DNA of 64,000 bases from Octopus vulgaris (taxonomy: Eukaryota): contig OX597834.1 of assembly GCA_951406725.2 (NCBI GenBank), positions 9,300,001 to 9,364,000 of the forward strand, given 5' to 3'. Shown piece after piece: positions 42,919-55,572 of the stretch; position 1 is the first letter of the stretch, and every line of letters starts with the position of its first letter. Position numbers and translations under genes: made by a program. The notes under the pieces are model-generated. The model was not told where the DNA came from. It was given only the letters and a program-made list of their open reading frames with translations, and did not search any database.

Positions 42919-42976
<58 letters not shown>

Positions 42977-42988
42977 TACATGCATGTC

Positions 42989-43356
42989 ACTTGTTTCAGT
43001 CATTCGACTGTTGGGGCACCACCTTGAAGGTTTCTAGTCGAACAAATCGCTCCCACAACTTATATCTTATACGTCTTTAAGCTTACTACTTTCTCTATTG
43101 ATCTGTTGTGCTGAACCCGCTAGGTTACGGATACGTAAATATACCAACACCGCTTGGCAAGCGGTTTTACTACAAATATACATACACACATACGACGGCT
43201 TCCTTTTAGTTTCCGCCAATCAAATCCTCTCACAAGGTTGTGGTAGGTCCATGGCTGTAGTAGAAGGCACTTGGCGAAGTTGCAACAGAGCGAAACTGAA
43301 CCTCGAATTGTGTGGTAATGAAGCAAGCTTCTCACCTCACAATCACACCTGTGCCT
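42989..43356 (-). mobile_element. SINE family B, diverged
   Basis: ACTTGTTTCAGTCATT...TACGACGGCTTCC... Confidence 0.8.
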
Positions 43357-43681
43357 ATATATATATATATTATGGTTTAAGTACTCCCATAATTCCTCAT
43401 GGTTGTTTTACGTTTTGGAGAGTAATCATACGATTATCGAAAACATTTATTTGAATTTTCAAACCCCTCTCTCTCCTCTTTTTTCGAACTTTTGTTACAA
43501 TCAAATGTAAAACAGTCAGTTTTTTTTTAAACACCAGCAGTGGGCCATCCTTGGTTACATCATTATTCCATAAGCTGTGTTTAGGGATAGAAAAATATTG
43601 AGAAACATCAAAGACAAAGAATCAAGGTAGGTATCAGGTGGACGTGAGATTTACTAAAAACAATAGATGAATCACATTTGA

Positions 43682-43741
<60 letters not shown>

Positions 43742-43981
43742 AACACAAACACACCTGTTTTTGAGTAATCATGTGAATTCCCGTGTGTAGAACACAGACT
43801 CGCAAATATTTTGTGAACATTTTAAAATAAAACGGTATGAGATGTTATACGAGGTGCAGAAACCAGAATTCTGTCTGTATATGTATATACATATATGTGC
43901 ATCTCTACATATATATATATGTATAGATATGATATACAAATGAAAGTCATTTGAAAGTCCGCACCTTTCGCTTTCTTTTGA

Positions 43982-44177
43982 CCGCGTGTGTACCGTTGGC
44001 GATTTTTCTTCCTCCGTCTTCCCTTCTTTGGATCTTTCCTTTTCCTATGTTTCTGACGAAGAGCTCCACTCGAAACGTTGAACCCTCCTTCTTTCCTTAG
44101 CGTCCAATAATACTATATTTGTTCCACGTCCTCGCGTTGTTCTGTTTTCTCTTTGCGTTTTCATGTTTGGATTAACT

Positions 44178-44178
<1 letters not shown>
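43982..44178 (+). mobile_element. family H1 short element with intact-core minimal hammerhead at 44049-44083
   Basis: GTTT-CTGACGA-A-GAG/ctcca/CTC-GAAA-CG-TT-GAAC; ends at (TA)n. Confidence 0.78.
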
Positions 44179-44208
<30 letters not shown>

Positions 44209-44209
44209 A

Positions 44210-45048
44210 TCAGCAATCGCGCGTTTTACGTTCCAAAACCCTCCGCGGTAGGTAATAATTCGGGAAGCAGAAACAGTGATGTACTGTATTGTATATATTT
44301 AAAAAAATAATTTTTATAATTTGTATATATTTATTTTTTTTATAAATGCAGAATAAAATAACAGCATAGAGGAATCGACGTAAGCTTTAATAATCCTTTC
44401 TATTATCGGCGCAAGGCCTGAAATTTGGGAGAGGGAGGGTAATAGTCGATTATATCGACTTCAGTACTCAACTGGTACTTAATTTAGCGACCCCGAAAGG
44501 ATGAAAGGTCAAGTCGACCTCGGCGGAATAGGAACTCAGAACCAAGTGATGGACGAAATACCGTTACGCATTTCGTCCAGCGTGCAAAGAATTCCTTTCT
44601 ACTTTGGGCACAAGGCCCAAAATTAGGTGGGAGGGGAATGTCGATTAGATCAACCCAGTACACAACTGGTGCTTAATTTATCGACCCCGAAAGGATGGAA
44701 GGCAAAATCGACCTCGGCGAAATTTGAAATCGGAGCGTAGCGGCAGACGAAGTACCTATGTCTTTACTACCCACGAGGGGCTAAATACAGAGAGGACAAA
44801 CAAGGACAGACAAAATGAATAAATCGATTATATCGACCCCAGTGCGTAACTGGTGCTTATTTAATCGACCCCGAAAGGATGAAAGGCAAAGTCGACCTCG
44901 ACGGAATTTGAACTCAGAACGTAGCGGCAGACGAAATACCTCTATGCATTTCGCCCGGCATCCTAACGATTCTGCCAGCTCACTGCCTTCGCATAAGTTT
45001 AAATCATAAACCGAGATAGGCGAACCGCGATACGGTGAGGGATTACTG
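44210..45048. mobile_element. Tc1/mariner-type (pogo/Tigger-like) MITE interrupted by a SINE C array
   Basis: 44210-44390 plus 44994-45048 are colinear with 50128-50347; right end GAGGGATTACTG|TA. Confidence 0.75.
44391..44990 (-). mobile_element. SINE family C trimer
   Basis: Three cores; flanks TAAGCTTTAA / TAAGTTTAA resemble a TSD. Confidence 0.9.
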
Positions 45049-45209
45049 TAAAATACATTTTGTATTTAACACACAAACTAATATATATATAATATATTTT
45101 ATGTATCTATACATACATACATACAAATAGATGTACATATATACATATATATGTGTGTAGGCAAGTATTTGCGTGTATTTATGCTCACATGTATATGTGT
45201 GTGTTTTAA

Positions 45210-45309
45210 NNNNNNNNNNNNNNNNNNNNNNNNNNNNNNNNNNNNNNNNNNNNNNNNNNNNNNNNNNNNNNNNNNNNNNNNNNNNNNNNNNNNNNNNNNN
45301 NNNNNNNNN
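45210..45309. other. assembly gap (100 N)
   Basis: Run of exactly 100 N, a typical unknown-size placeholder. Confidence 0.99.
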
Positions 45310-45890
45310 TAGATACGCAATTATGTATATACGTTGGTAGATAGGTAGGTATGTAAGTAGGTAGGTAAGATTTTTGCTTAGACATAGCGACACTTGGTAT
45401 TAGAACGCAATTTACATGATCTTCAGAATAAAGCATTTGTCGAGTACAGAGCATAATTTGAAATCAAATAATTGACAAGGGATCAACAATTACTTATTCA
45501 AATTCATTAGCTTATAGTTTAGGGAGCAACTGTCTTCGAAGACTCATATTATTGTTCATTGCTCGAAATGGGGAGTAGATAGACAGCCAAAATCTGTTGA
45601 AAGGTCATTCTGTGTAATACTTGTCCTATTTTTTCTCTCGTTATTTGCGTATTTAATACATTTGTTTTCGTAGTTCGTACAATTGGTGACGACCTTTACC
45701 TATATAGGCGCTAAATATATGTGTGTGTGTCTGTGCCACTGTGTGTATGTGTGTGTGTCAGTGTGTGTGCGTGTGTATACCTGTATATTATTTGAATATA
45801 TATATATATATAAATATATATATACATGTACATTTGTGTCTATATACGTGAATATGTGTATATGTATGTGTCTGTGTAATATGCAGGTAC

Positions 45891-45956
<66 letters not shown>

Positions 45957-45958
<2 letters not shown>

Positions 45959-46159
45959 CGCGTGTGTAGCGTTGGCGATTTTTTTCCCTCCGTCTTCCCT
46001 TCTCTGCATCTTTACTTTTCCTATGTTTCCGACGAAGAGCTCCGCTCGAAACGTTAAACCCTCCTTCTTCGCTTCCTTCCTGAGTGTCCAATAATACTAT
46101 ATTTGTTCCACGTCCTCATGTTGTTGTGTTTTCTCTGTGTTTTCATGTTTGGATTAACT
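45957..46159 (+). mobile_element. family H1 copy inside (TA)n, hammerhead at 46025-46059
   Basis: GTTT-CCGACGA-A-GAGC/tcc/GCTC-GAAA-CG-TT-AAAC; (TA)n on both sides. Confidence 0.78.
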
Positions 46160-46463
46160 ATATATATATATATATATATATATGTATACATACACACAAA
46201 CATAATGTTTTGTGTGTTTGTAAGTGCATGTGTGTGCCCGCGCGAGAATTTGCTGCTAAGTTCGTCGCTTTAAGGGTTTCGTGAGACTCTAGGCTGGAGA
46301 CGCAATCATCTGAATCCTTTTATAGGGCTAAGACAAGCTGAAGAACTTCTACAATATGTGTGTATCTGAGAGGGGCATCTGTGGAATGAAATCACATTCA
46401 TCTGATCCTCCTGCATCTTACTTTTACCCAAGGCCAGCAATCATTCAGCATCCTGGCGTAATC

Positions 46464-46509
46464 GTGTGTGTGTGTGTGTATGTATGTATATATATACATA
46501 CATGTATAC

Positions 46510-46540
<31 letters not shown>

Positions 46541-46831
46541 CATACATATATATATATATACATATATATACATACATATATATACATATATATATATACA
46601 TACATATATATATATATACATACATATATATATATATACATACATACATATATGTATGCATATATATATATATATATATATACATATATATGTATGCATA
46701 TGTATATATGTGTATGAATATGCATGCATATGTATATATGTATATATATATATATATATGCATATGTATATATATGTATGCATATGTATATGTGTATATA
46801 TATATATGTGTGTGTATATATATATGCCTGG

Positions 46832-46863
<32 letters not shown>

Positions 46864-47025
46864 GCGTATATATGTATATGTGTATATATATATGTATATA
46901 TATATTCATGTATGTATATATAATTGTATGTATATGTATATATATATTCATATATACATACATATATATATATACGCATATATATATATATATGTAGAGA
47001 CATATATATACTTACATATATATAA
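46464..47025. repeat. (TA)/(CA)/(TG) compound microsatellite
   Basis: Seen directly. Confidence 0.93.
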
Positions 47026-47299
47026 AGTGAGAGAGAGAGAGTGTGTGGGGGAGGAGAGGAAGATAGATGTGTGAGCGTTTGTATGTATCTATATATGTGA
47101 ATGTAAGCAAAAGTAGAAATGCGAGTAAGAGGTAAATATTCTATCAATTTGGAGCAGATCGGAAAGGAACAACTCGGGGTAGTCTTTTGAAGGTCTCACC
47201 TTCTCATCTAAACGTTCCCGCTCTCTCTTCTTTGTCTCCCGCCCAGTTTCTCTCTCATTCTGTATCCATGTCTATCTCTCTCTTCTCTCCCTCTGTTGC

Positions 47300-47632
47300 C
47301 TTCTCTCTCTATCTGCTCGTCTCTCTCTTATCTCTCTCTGCTCGTCTCTCTCTCTCTCTGCTCGTCTCTCTCTCTCTCTGCTCGTCTCTCTCTCAGCTCG
47401 TCTCTCTCTCAGCTCGTCTCTCTCTCAGCTCGTCTCTCTCTCTGCTCGTCTCTCTCTCAGCTCGTCTCTCTCTCTGCTCGTCTCTCTCTCTCTCTCTCTC
47501 TCTCTCTGCTCGTCTCTCTCTCTCTCTCTCTCGTCTCTCTCTCTCTCTCTGCTCTCTCTCTGCTCTTCTCTCTCTCTCTGCTCGTCTCTCTCTCTGCTCT
47601 CTCTCTCTCTCTGCTCTCTCTCTCCCCTCTCT

Positions 47633-47669
<37 letters not shown>

Positions 47670-47924
47670 GTCTCTCTCTCTCTCTCTCTCGTCTCTCTCT
47701 CTCTCTCTGCTCGTCTCTCTCTCTCTCTCTCTGCTCTTCTCTCTCTCTATCTTCTCTCTCTCTCTCTTCTCTCTCTCTTCTCTCTCTCCCTCCCTCTCTC
47801 TGCTCTTCTCTCTCTCCCTCTCTCTGTCTTACTCTCAATCTTTATTTCTTTCGCTCAGAAAGTGTTTCACTCTTTCTCTTTCTGCCTCATTCTCTCAACA
47901 CCCCTCTCTCATTCTCAGTCTATA

Positions 47925-47955
<31 letters not shown>

Positions 47956-48075
47956 GCTCATCTCTCTCTCTCTTTCTCTTCCAGTCTGTATTTCCCCTAC
48001 ACCTCCCTCTCTCTCTTTTCTGAATCTCTCAATGATTTCCCTCAATTCCCCTCTCTCTCTCTCTCTCTCTTTCTT
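47300..48075. repeat. polypyrimidine (CT)n tract with recurring GCTCGT
   Basis: Seen directly. Confidence 0.93.
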
Positions 48076-48206
48076 AGTTTCCCTGTATGTTTCCTTCTCT
48101 CTCTCCCTCTCACTCTCCCATCTACGGCGCCGGTCTCATTAGAGAAATAAATAAGAGTTGAACACACACGCACACAGAGACCCGCGCACACACACACACA
48201 CAGACC

Positions 48207-48238
<32 letters not shown>

Positions 48239-48699
48239 TGCACGCCCTAACGTCCTTCCCACTTACACCTCCTACACACGCATTAATTCTCCTTCCCTCA
48301 CTTCCTATCCGTCTCTCTCACTCTCATACTATTATTTCTCTCTTTCCTTGTTATACTCTTACTCTCTCTCTCTCTCCCTCTCTCGCCTCATACGTAAGCA
48401 TAAACGTCCATACTGTGTTCTTTACACACACGCACACACACACGCACAGACTCACACGCACACACCCACCCACACCCACACATACATCAACACCCACACC
48501 CACGCATACTACTGCTACATTTTGACGTTCTTAATTAGTATATGTGCGTATGGGCGTACAGAAGTGTGTCTCCGGTTGCGGCAATAAGAATGCACGTACA
48601 ACCATTGGCGAAAGAGTACGTATTTCTTTGTATGAATGCATGTGTGTAAGAAGGAAAGTATGTATATCTATATATTTATATATATATATATATATATAT

Positions 48700-48912
48700 T
48701 TCTTTATTGCCCACAAGGGACAAACAAGGACAGACTAAGGGATTAGGTCTATTACATCGACCCCCCAGTGCGAAACTGGTACTTTATTTATCGACCCCGA
48801 AAGGATGACAGGCAAAGTCGACCTCCGCGGAATTTGAACTCAGAACGTAGCGACATACAAAATACTGCTGAGCATTTCGCCCTGCGTGCTAACGTTTCTG
48901 CCAGCTCGCAGC
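48700..48912 (-). mobile_element. SINE family C monomer
   Basis: Full head-to-tail homology. Confidence 0.9.
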
Positions 48913-48950
48913 TGATATATATCTCTCTATATATATATATATATATATAT

Positions 48951-48987
<37 letters not shown>

Positions 48988-48988
48988 C

Positions 48989-49072
<84 letters not shown>

Positions 49073-49108
49073 TCTCTCTCTCTCTCTTATATATATATAT
49101 ATATATAT

Positions 49109-49144
<36 letters not shown>

Positions 49145-49919
49145 TATACGTGTCTGTGTTCGTGTGTGTGTGTGTACGAGTGTGTGTATCTATGGGCATA
49201 TGAATGTGTGGGTATCTGTATCTACGTCTCTCTCTATCTTTCTCTATCTTTCTCTCTCTCTCTCTCTTATTCTACGAATTTTCGTATATTTTCATTTGCC
49301 TTGCTTATTTTTTACACTTTGGTTTTGTGCTGAGTTTTTTCTCGAGAACACATTGTTCGTGGAAAATAGCGATTTTGACGTCTATATCTAGCATATTGAC
49401 CGTCCACTTTTAGTGGTCAGTCCTTTAAATTTTGTATGTAAAAGAATATTTTAATCTTCGGATTTTTTTAATATGTTAGGCCACTGGTTTTAATTGATTA
49501 ATATCAATTTCTACCCCCATTCAATTTATGGACAAATGTATGTAGACGGAACTACCTGCGGGTGTGCAGTATCGAACCGGTATGAATGGAAGAATGTACG
49601 TGTATGACTGTATGTGTCGTATGTGAATACGCGAACATATGTTTACATAAGGTATGAATGTATACAGGAGTACTACTACACACGTGTGTATGTCTGGATT
49701 TAAAGGAATGTATACGTATATATAAATGTATGTTTAAGTGTTTGTATGATACGATGAATTTCTCTCATTCTCTCTCTCTCTCATATATACATATCTATAT
49801 GTGTGTGAGTGTGTTTGTGTGTGTGAAGTCAGGTTACAAAATGCATGTTTGCTAGAAAGAATAGTTAAAACTCTTCAAAGCCACGCACCTCATACTATAT
49901 GTAAACACGTATGTTCATG

Positions 49920-49952
<33 letters not shown>

Positions 49953-50127
49953 GTGTGTGTGTGTGTGTACGTACGAATGTATATGCATGTTGAAATGTTT
50001 CTGCGTATGTTTCAATGTTTGTAGAGTCTCTACAAATGTGTGTATATATATTCTAGAAGATAGGCATGAACACACATACATACCAATATACATATATATA
50101 TATATTTATATATAATGTATGTATATA

Positions 50128-50347
50128 CAGTAGTCCATCGACAATCGCGGGTGTACGTTCACAAAAACCCCGCGATAGGTGAAAATCCGCGAAACAGAAA
50201 CGGTACTGTACTTACTGTATATTTGTCTTTATTAATTTTATAATTTGTATATATTTATTTTATCACGAATGCAAAACAACACCACAGAGGAATAAGCTTA
50301 AATAATAAACCGCGATAGGTGAACCACGATATGGCGAGGGATTACAG
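50128..50347. mobile_element. Tc1/mariner-type (pogo/Tigger-like) MITE
   Basis: TA|CAGTAGTCCATCGACAATCGCGG ... CCACGATATGGCGAGGGATTACAG|TA: imperfect TIRs with TA TSD. Confidence 0.8.
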
Positions 50348-50351
50348 TATA

Positions 50352-50384
<33 letters not shown>

Positions 50385-50624
50385 GTGTGTGTGTGTTCAG
50401 GAGTATTTCATGATACTACAGTATAATTAGTAACCGACTCTACTTCATATACAACAACAACCACTACTACTACTGCTGCTGCTGCTGCTACTACTACTAA
50501 TACTTCTACTACTACTACTAATGTTCCTGCTCTTCTTTACCGGCTAAATCCCTCTCAAATCACTCCCTACCATTTCCAGAAAGAAGGAATGTCTACAATA
50601 ATGAGGATAAAAATAATAAGCATC

Positions 50625-51019
50625 TCTATTACATACACCAGGCCTTATATTTTGAGCCGGGGGCTGGTCAATTACACCGACCCCAGGGCCTCACTGGTGC
50701 TTCTTTCATCGACCCTGAAAATTAAAATGCATCGAAATTTGAACTTATAAAAACGAACGAAATGACTGTCCGGCGCAATAAAGACCTTTTAAAAAGTGAT
50801 AACCTTTTGTACTAAAGGCAAAAAGCCTAAAACTTGGGGATAAGAGGGCTTGTCGTTTGCATCGACCCCACTACTCAACTGGTACTATTTCATAGTCCTC
50901 GAAAGGATGGAAGGCAAAGTTGACCACGGAGGAATTTGAACTCAGAACGTAGTATACACGGATGAAATACCTCTAAGCATTTTGTCCGGCCTGCTAACTA
51001 TTCTGCCATTTCACCGTCT

Positions 51020-51052
<33 letters not shown>

Positions 51053-51505
51053 GTTTCATATTTGACCCAAGGGCAGTAATTTTGAGGGAAGAGCTAAGTC
51101 GATTATATCGACCCCACTGCTTCACTAGTACGTAATTTATCGCCCCCGAAAGGATTAAAGGCAAAGTCGACCTTGGTGGAATTTGAACTCAGAACGTAGT
51201 GACGGTTGAAGTAACGCTAAGTATTTCGTTCGACGCGCTAACGATTCTGCCAGCTCGCCGCCTTAATAATAATAATAACAACAACAACAGTAATAGTTTA
51301 AAATTCTGGCACAAGGCTAGTAGGTTCAAGGATGGGGTCAAAGTCGGTTACATAAATCTGAGGGTTCAACTGGTTTTTATTTTATCGTCCCTGAAAGGAT
51401 AAAATGCATGTCGACCTCGTCGGAATTTGAACTCAGAACGTAAAGTCGGCGAAACGCCGCGAAGCATTTTTCCGGCGTGCTAGCGTTTCCGCCAGCGCGC
51501 CGCCA
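50625..51505 (-). mobile_element. cluster of ~4 SINE C copies separated by (AAT)n
   Basis: GAATTTGAACT(C/T)A cores near 50735, 50932, 51180, 51423. Confidence 0.85.
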
Positions 51506-53252
51506 ATTAATGACAGATGGGGTGGTTATGGATAGAAAGCCTTGGATCTCGTTCAGAACCGACCTCGGGTTAAAGAATAACAGCAAGAACTGCTACTGAT
51601 GCTGATGATGCAAGGAATGGTGCGACTGCAGCATCGGTTGATGCTGTTACTATTACTACTAATGCAAACAACCGCTGCTACGATGCGCTCGTCTTCCCTT
51701 GCTAGAAATAGCAGGCAAATGGCCCTCGATTATCATACAGCCATAGAATGACAAAAAAATTAAAACAAACGATAAAAAAAATAAAACAAAACATACAAAA
51801 AATAGACCATATCATTTGATAATAGATACCACTGAAAAATAAAACACGATGGTCACGGTCGGATGTCGTTGTTCTTTGGACGGTTCGATTGTGTTTGGAC
51901 ATGAGGTTCCACAAAAACGACAGCGATATTACTGCTGCTGCTGTTGCTTCTGCCGCCGCTGCTGCTACTGCTGCTGCGACTACTACTACTACTACTACTA
52001 CTACTATAGGGCAAGCGTAACCACCAATAGGAATCCAGCATATGACGTATACGTTATAATTCTAATTATATAAAAATTCTAGCAACAACACCGAAATAGT
52101 GTGTAGAAGAGAATATCGCTCGATTTGGTCTCTCTCTCTGTGTATATAGTGGTGTTTGTATTTCTGAATGTATGTAGATTTATATATATATATATATATA
52201 TATATATCTAATATAAACATGCTCCTTGTGTATATAGATTCCACTACTTGTATTGTTATACACGTTCTATACAAAATGCAAAAATGCGCATACAAATATA
52301 CACACACGCAAACATTTTTTGATGCATGTCCAAAGATACACACACACATATATATGTTTACGTGAGGGTCTATGTACATCCGCGCGTGTGTGTCTCTATG
52401 TTTATATATAAATATAAATACACTGTGGGTATATATAAATATGCATACGTACACTGTGTGTATATATAAATATACATACACATGCATTAATTCTCACAAA
52501 CATATTCATACTCAAACATTCATTTTTTTCATTTTATCTCTTTCATTCCCTGTCCCTTTCTCTTTCAATACATACATACATACATTCACACATACATACA
52601 TATATGCATACATTCATACATGCATACATACATGCATACATGCATGCACGACTGCAAACATAGTCGTTTATTTGTGCGTATGTCTGTTAGAATGCTTTAC
52701 TTGTCATGCAGATATATTTCACCAATTCTTTGAATGGACATCACCTAACATACGAACCTGCAACTCACCCTGTATCCGTACACACACAGATTCCCAGGCT
52801 CTCTTTCTATCTATCTATCTTTCTCTCTCCCTCTCTCTAGCTATGTATCGATCGATCGATCTCTATTACAATTCATAGATTGAATACATATGTAGTTACA
52901 TCAGTTTACATAGCTCTGTGAAAACGGTAAGGTCTTTGACTGTGAGCTACGTTCGACCTTCATATATTAGGTAGCATTGAACTTTTCAATAACGCCAGAA
53001 GGAGACTGTCACACATGCATGTATGTATGTATATATGTATGTATGCATGCATGCATGTTTGTATGTAGGGCTGTATCTACTTATCGTTCCAGGTATATAT
53101 GTATGTGAATATATATATATATGTGTGTGTGTGCGTATTTATTTATCGATATGAATATATTTCTTCATATATATATAGTGTATATGTATAAGGGTATAGA
53201 TGTATTTCGTATGACTTAGTGTGTATATGCTTATAAATATATATATATACGT

Positions 53253-53518
53253 GGAAGCGCAATGGCCCAGTTGTTAGGGTCGCGGTTTCGATTCCCAGAC
53301 CGGGTGTTCTGAGTGTTTACTGAGCGAAAACACCTAAAGCTCCACGAAGCTCCGGCAGGGGGTGGTGGCGAACCCTGCTGTACTCTTTCACCACTCTTTC
53401 TCCCACTCTTTCTTCTGTTCGCCTAGCCAGCTGGGTGGCGTCATTTGAAGGCTAAAACAATGCGAAGCGCATTGTGACCATCGATGTGTAGCAACATCTG
53501 ATGTATATATCACGGTGA
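53253..53518 (+). mobile_element. SINE family A (tail 1), with deletions
   Basis: Homology to 21583-21891. Confidence 0.88.
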
Positions 53519-53554
53519 TATATATACACACGCACACAAATGTGTGTGCGTATA

Positions 53555-53594
<40 letters not shown>

Positions 53595-53664
53595 TACTTA
53601 TACGTATTTAAAACAGGCATTGCTACAATGTGCAACAGTATCAACGCAAATACATATAATAATT

Positions 53665-54205
53665 TATCTATTGTTGGTACAAGGCTTGGAATATTGGGGT
53701 GGGGTGGGGGATTTAGTCGATTACACTACCATCAAAATATGGAACCTAAAGTTGGACTCTGCGGAATTGCAACTCGGAGGTCAACGAAATCCAGCGAAAC
53801 TTTTTGTCCGGCGTGCAAACGAATTTACCAGCTCGCCGCCTTGCAAATAATAATAATAATAATGATAATAATAATGATGATGATGAAGATTTCAAGTTTT
53901 GACACAAGGGCAGCAATTTTGGGATAGAGGATCGATACCAGAGTCTAACTGGTACTTCTTTATCGACCCCTGGAGGATGTAAAACTAATTCGACCTCGGC
54001 GGGATTTGAAAACAGAATGTAAAGACGGACGAAATGCTGCTAAGCCTTTTGCCGGGCTGCTAACGATTCAGCCAGCCCACTACCCTAGTAATAATCCTTT
54101 CTACTATAGGTAAAAGACATGAAATTTTTGTGGGGTGGGGGTAGTTGATTACATTGACCCCAGTGTTTAACTGGTACTTATTTTATAGAACTTGAAAGGA
54201 TGAAA
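53665..54205 (-). mobile_element. cluster of ~3 degenerate SINE C copies
   Basis: AACTGGTACTT..TTTAT(C/A)GA and CGACCTCGGCGGGATTTGAA. Confidence 0.78.
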
Positions 54206-54780
54206 TGAAAACCTTAAATATTTAAATATCATCAAACTTAAAGTATAACCCTAAAAAAATTTTATAAATATATTAGAATATATAATGTATACTTTCATAC
54301 TCATGACTAGGGAGATTTGGGGATCTTTTCGGCTTGAACGGCAGTTTATCTAGTGGTGTCATATGAAATTGTCACCCATAATTATGACCCTAGTATCGAT
54401 CTATTGCATTTCAATCTCTTTTAGGGTTACGGTGAGGGGAAGGGTATCTTTTTTTCTTCACAAATGTAAATAAACGCAATCTGTTTCTTAAACGAGGGAG
54501 CAAGATGGAGACAGTGAGAGAGAGCAATAGAGAGGCACAGGGGCATAAGACAAATATTCTCTCGCTTTTCTACACCCTTGACAAGTTGTGCCATCGACGA
54601 TGTAACAGAGTGACAGAGGAATGGCGGAGCAAAAGAAGAAATTATACATATTTCTAGCTTTTCTAACTGGAACAACGAGAAATGGGGTGCGTTGCTCAAG
54701 AGAAGGATATGCTGCCTTGACAAGGGTCAAATGATTCGGCTCAAGATTATCCCGACACCCCCAAGCTACCTCCTAGACAT

Positions 54781-55180
54781 TAGGTCGTTTGGCTGTGAGG
54801 TTAGAAGCTTGCAACCAAGTCACAGGTTTCTGGGTTCAGTCCCATTGTGTGACATGTTAGGTACGTGTTTTATACTATTGCTCCGGGTGTCGACAAAAGC
54901 GTTGAGATTAGGCTTGTCAGACGGAAACTGAAAGAAGCCCGTTGTATATATGTATATCAGGGTGTGCATTCGTCTGTGCGCGTGTGTGTCTTTCTGTTTG
55001 ATCACTACCGCTTAACAACTGGGGCTGGTTATTTAAGGTACTGTCCCTTAAGGATTTGGCAAAAAAGAGACCCACAAAACCAGTAACAGGCTTTAAGGAA
55101 ATGTACTGGGGACAATTTATCCAATTAAACCATTCAAGGTGGTGCCCTAGCATGGCAGCAGAATGTGTCTGAAAGTAGTA
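54781..55180 (+). mobile_element. SINE family B, diverged
   Basis: GACGGAAACTGAAAGAAGCCCGT...GGTGGTGCCCTAGCATGGC. Confidence 0.82.
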
Positions 55181-55204
55181 TAAATAAATAAATGTATATA
55201 TAAG

Positions 55205-55269
<65 letters not shown>

Positions 55270-55282
55270 TTATTTATATATA

Positions 55283-55572
55283 CATTACTTACATTATTTA
55301 CATTTGACGGTTATTTGTACTCATGTTGTTTGTTGTTAACACAATGTTTCGGCTGATATACTCTCCAGCCTTCATCAGGTGACATGGAGAAGTTTCGAAC
55401 CTGGGTTCTCATTCTTAACGTATTTTTCGATGTCATTATCATCATCATCATCATCATTGTTATTATTATCATTATTACTGTTATTATTATTATTATTATT
55501 ATTCAGGTCACTACCTGGAATCGAACTTGGAATATTGGGGTTGGTGGCCCGCGTTCTTAACCACTACGCCAT
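55283..55572 (-). mobile_element. tRNA-headed SINE-like element with a hammerhead-bearing tail
   Basis: A box TGGCGTAGTGG (55561-55571), B box GTTCGATTCC (55517-55526), (AAT)/(GAT)n linker, hammerhead at 55340-55383, 3' end at (TA)/(CA)n. Confidence 0.72.
55340..55383 (-). ncRNA. type I minimal hammerhead with intact core
   Basis: CAC-CTGATGA-A-GGCTG/gagagtatat/CAGCC-GAAA-CA-TT-GTG. Confidence 0.75.

Noticed and set aside
54306-54500. Possible DNA-transposon end with a TTAGGG-like motif
   Set aside because: No partner terminus or second copy in the window, and a single TTAGGG is not a telomeric array.
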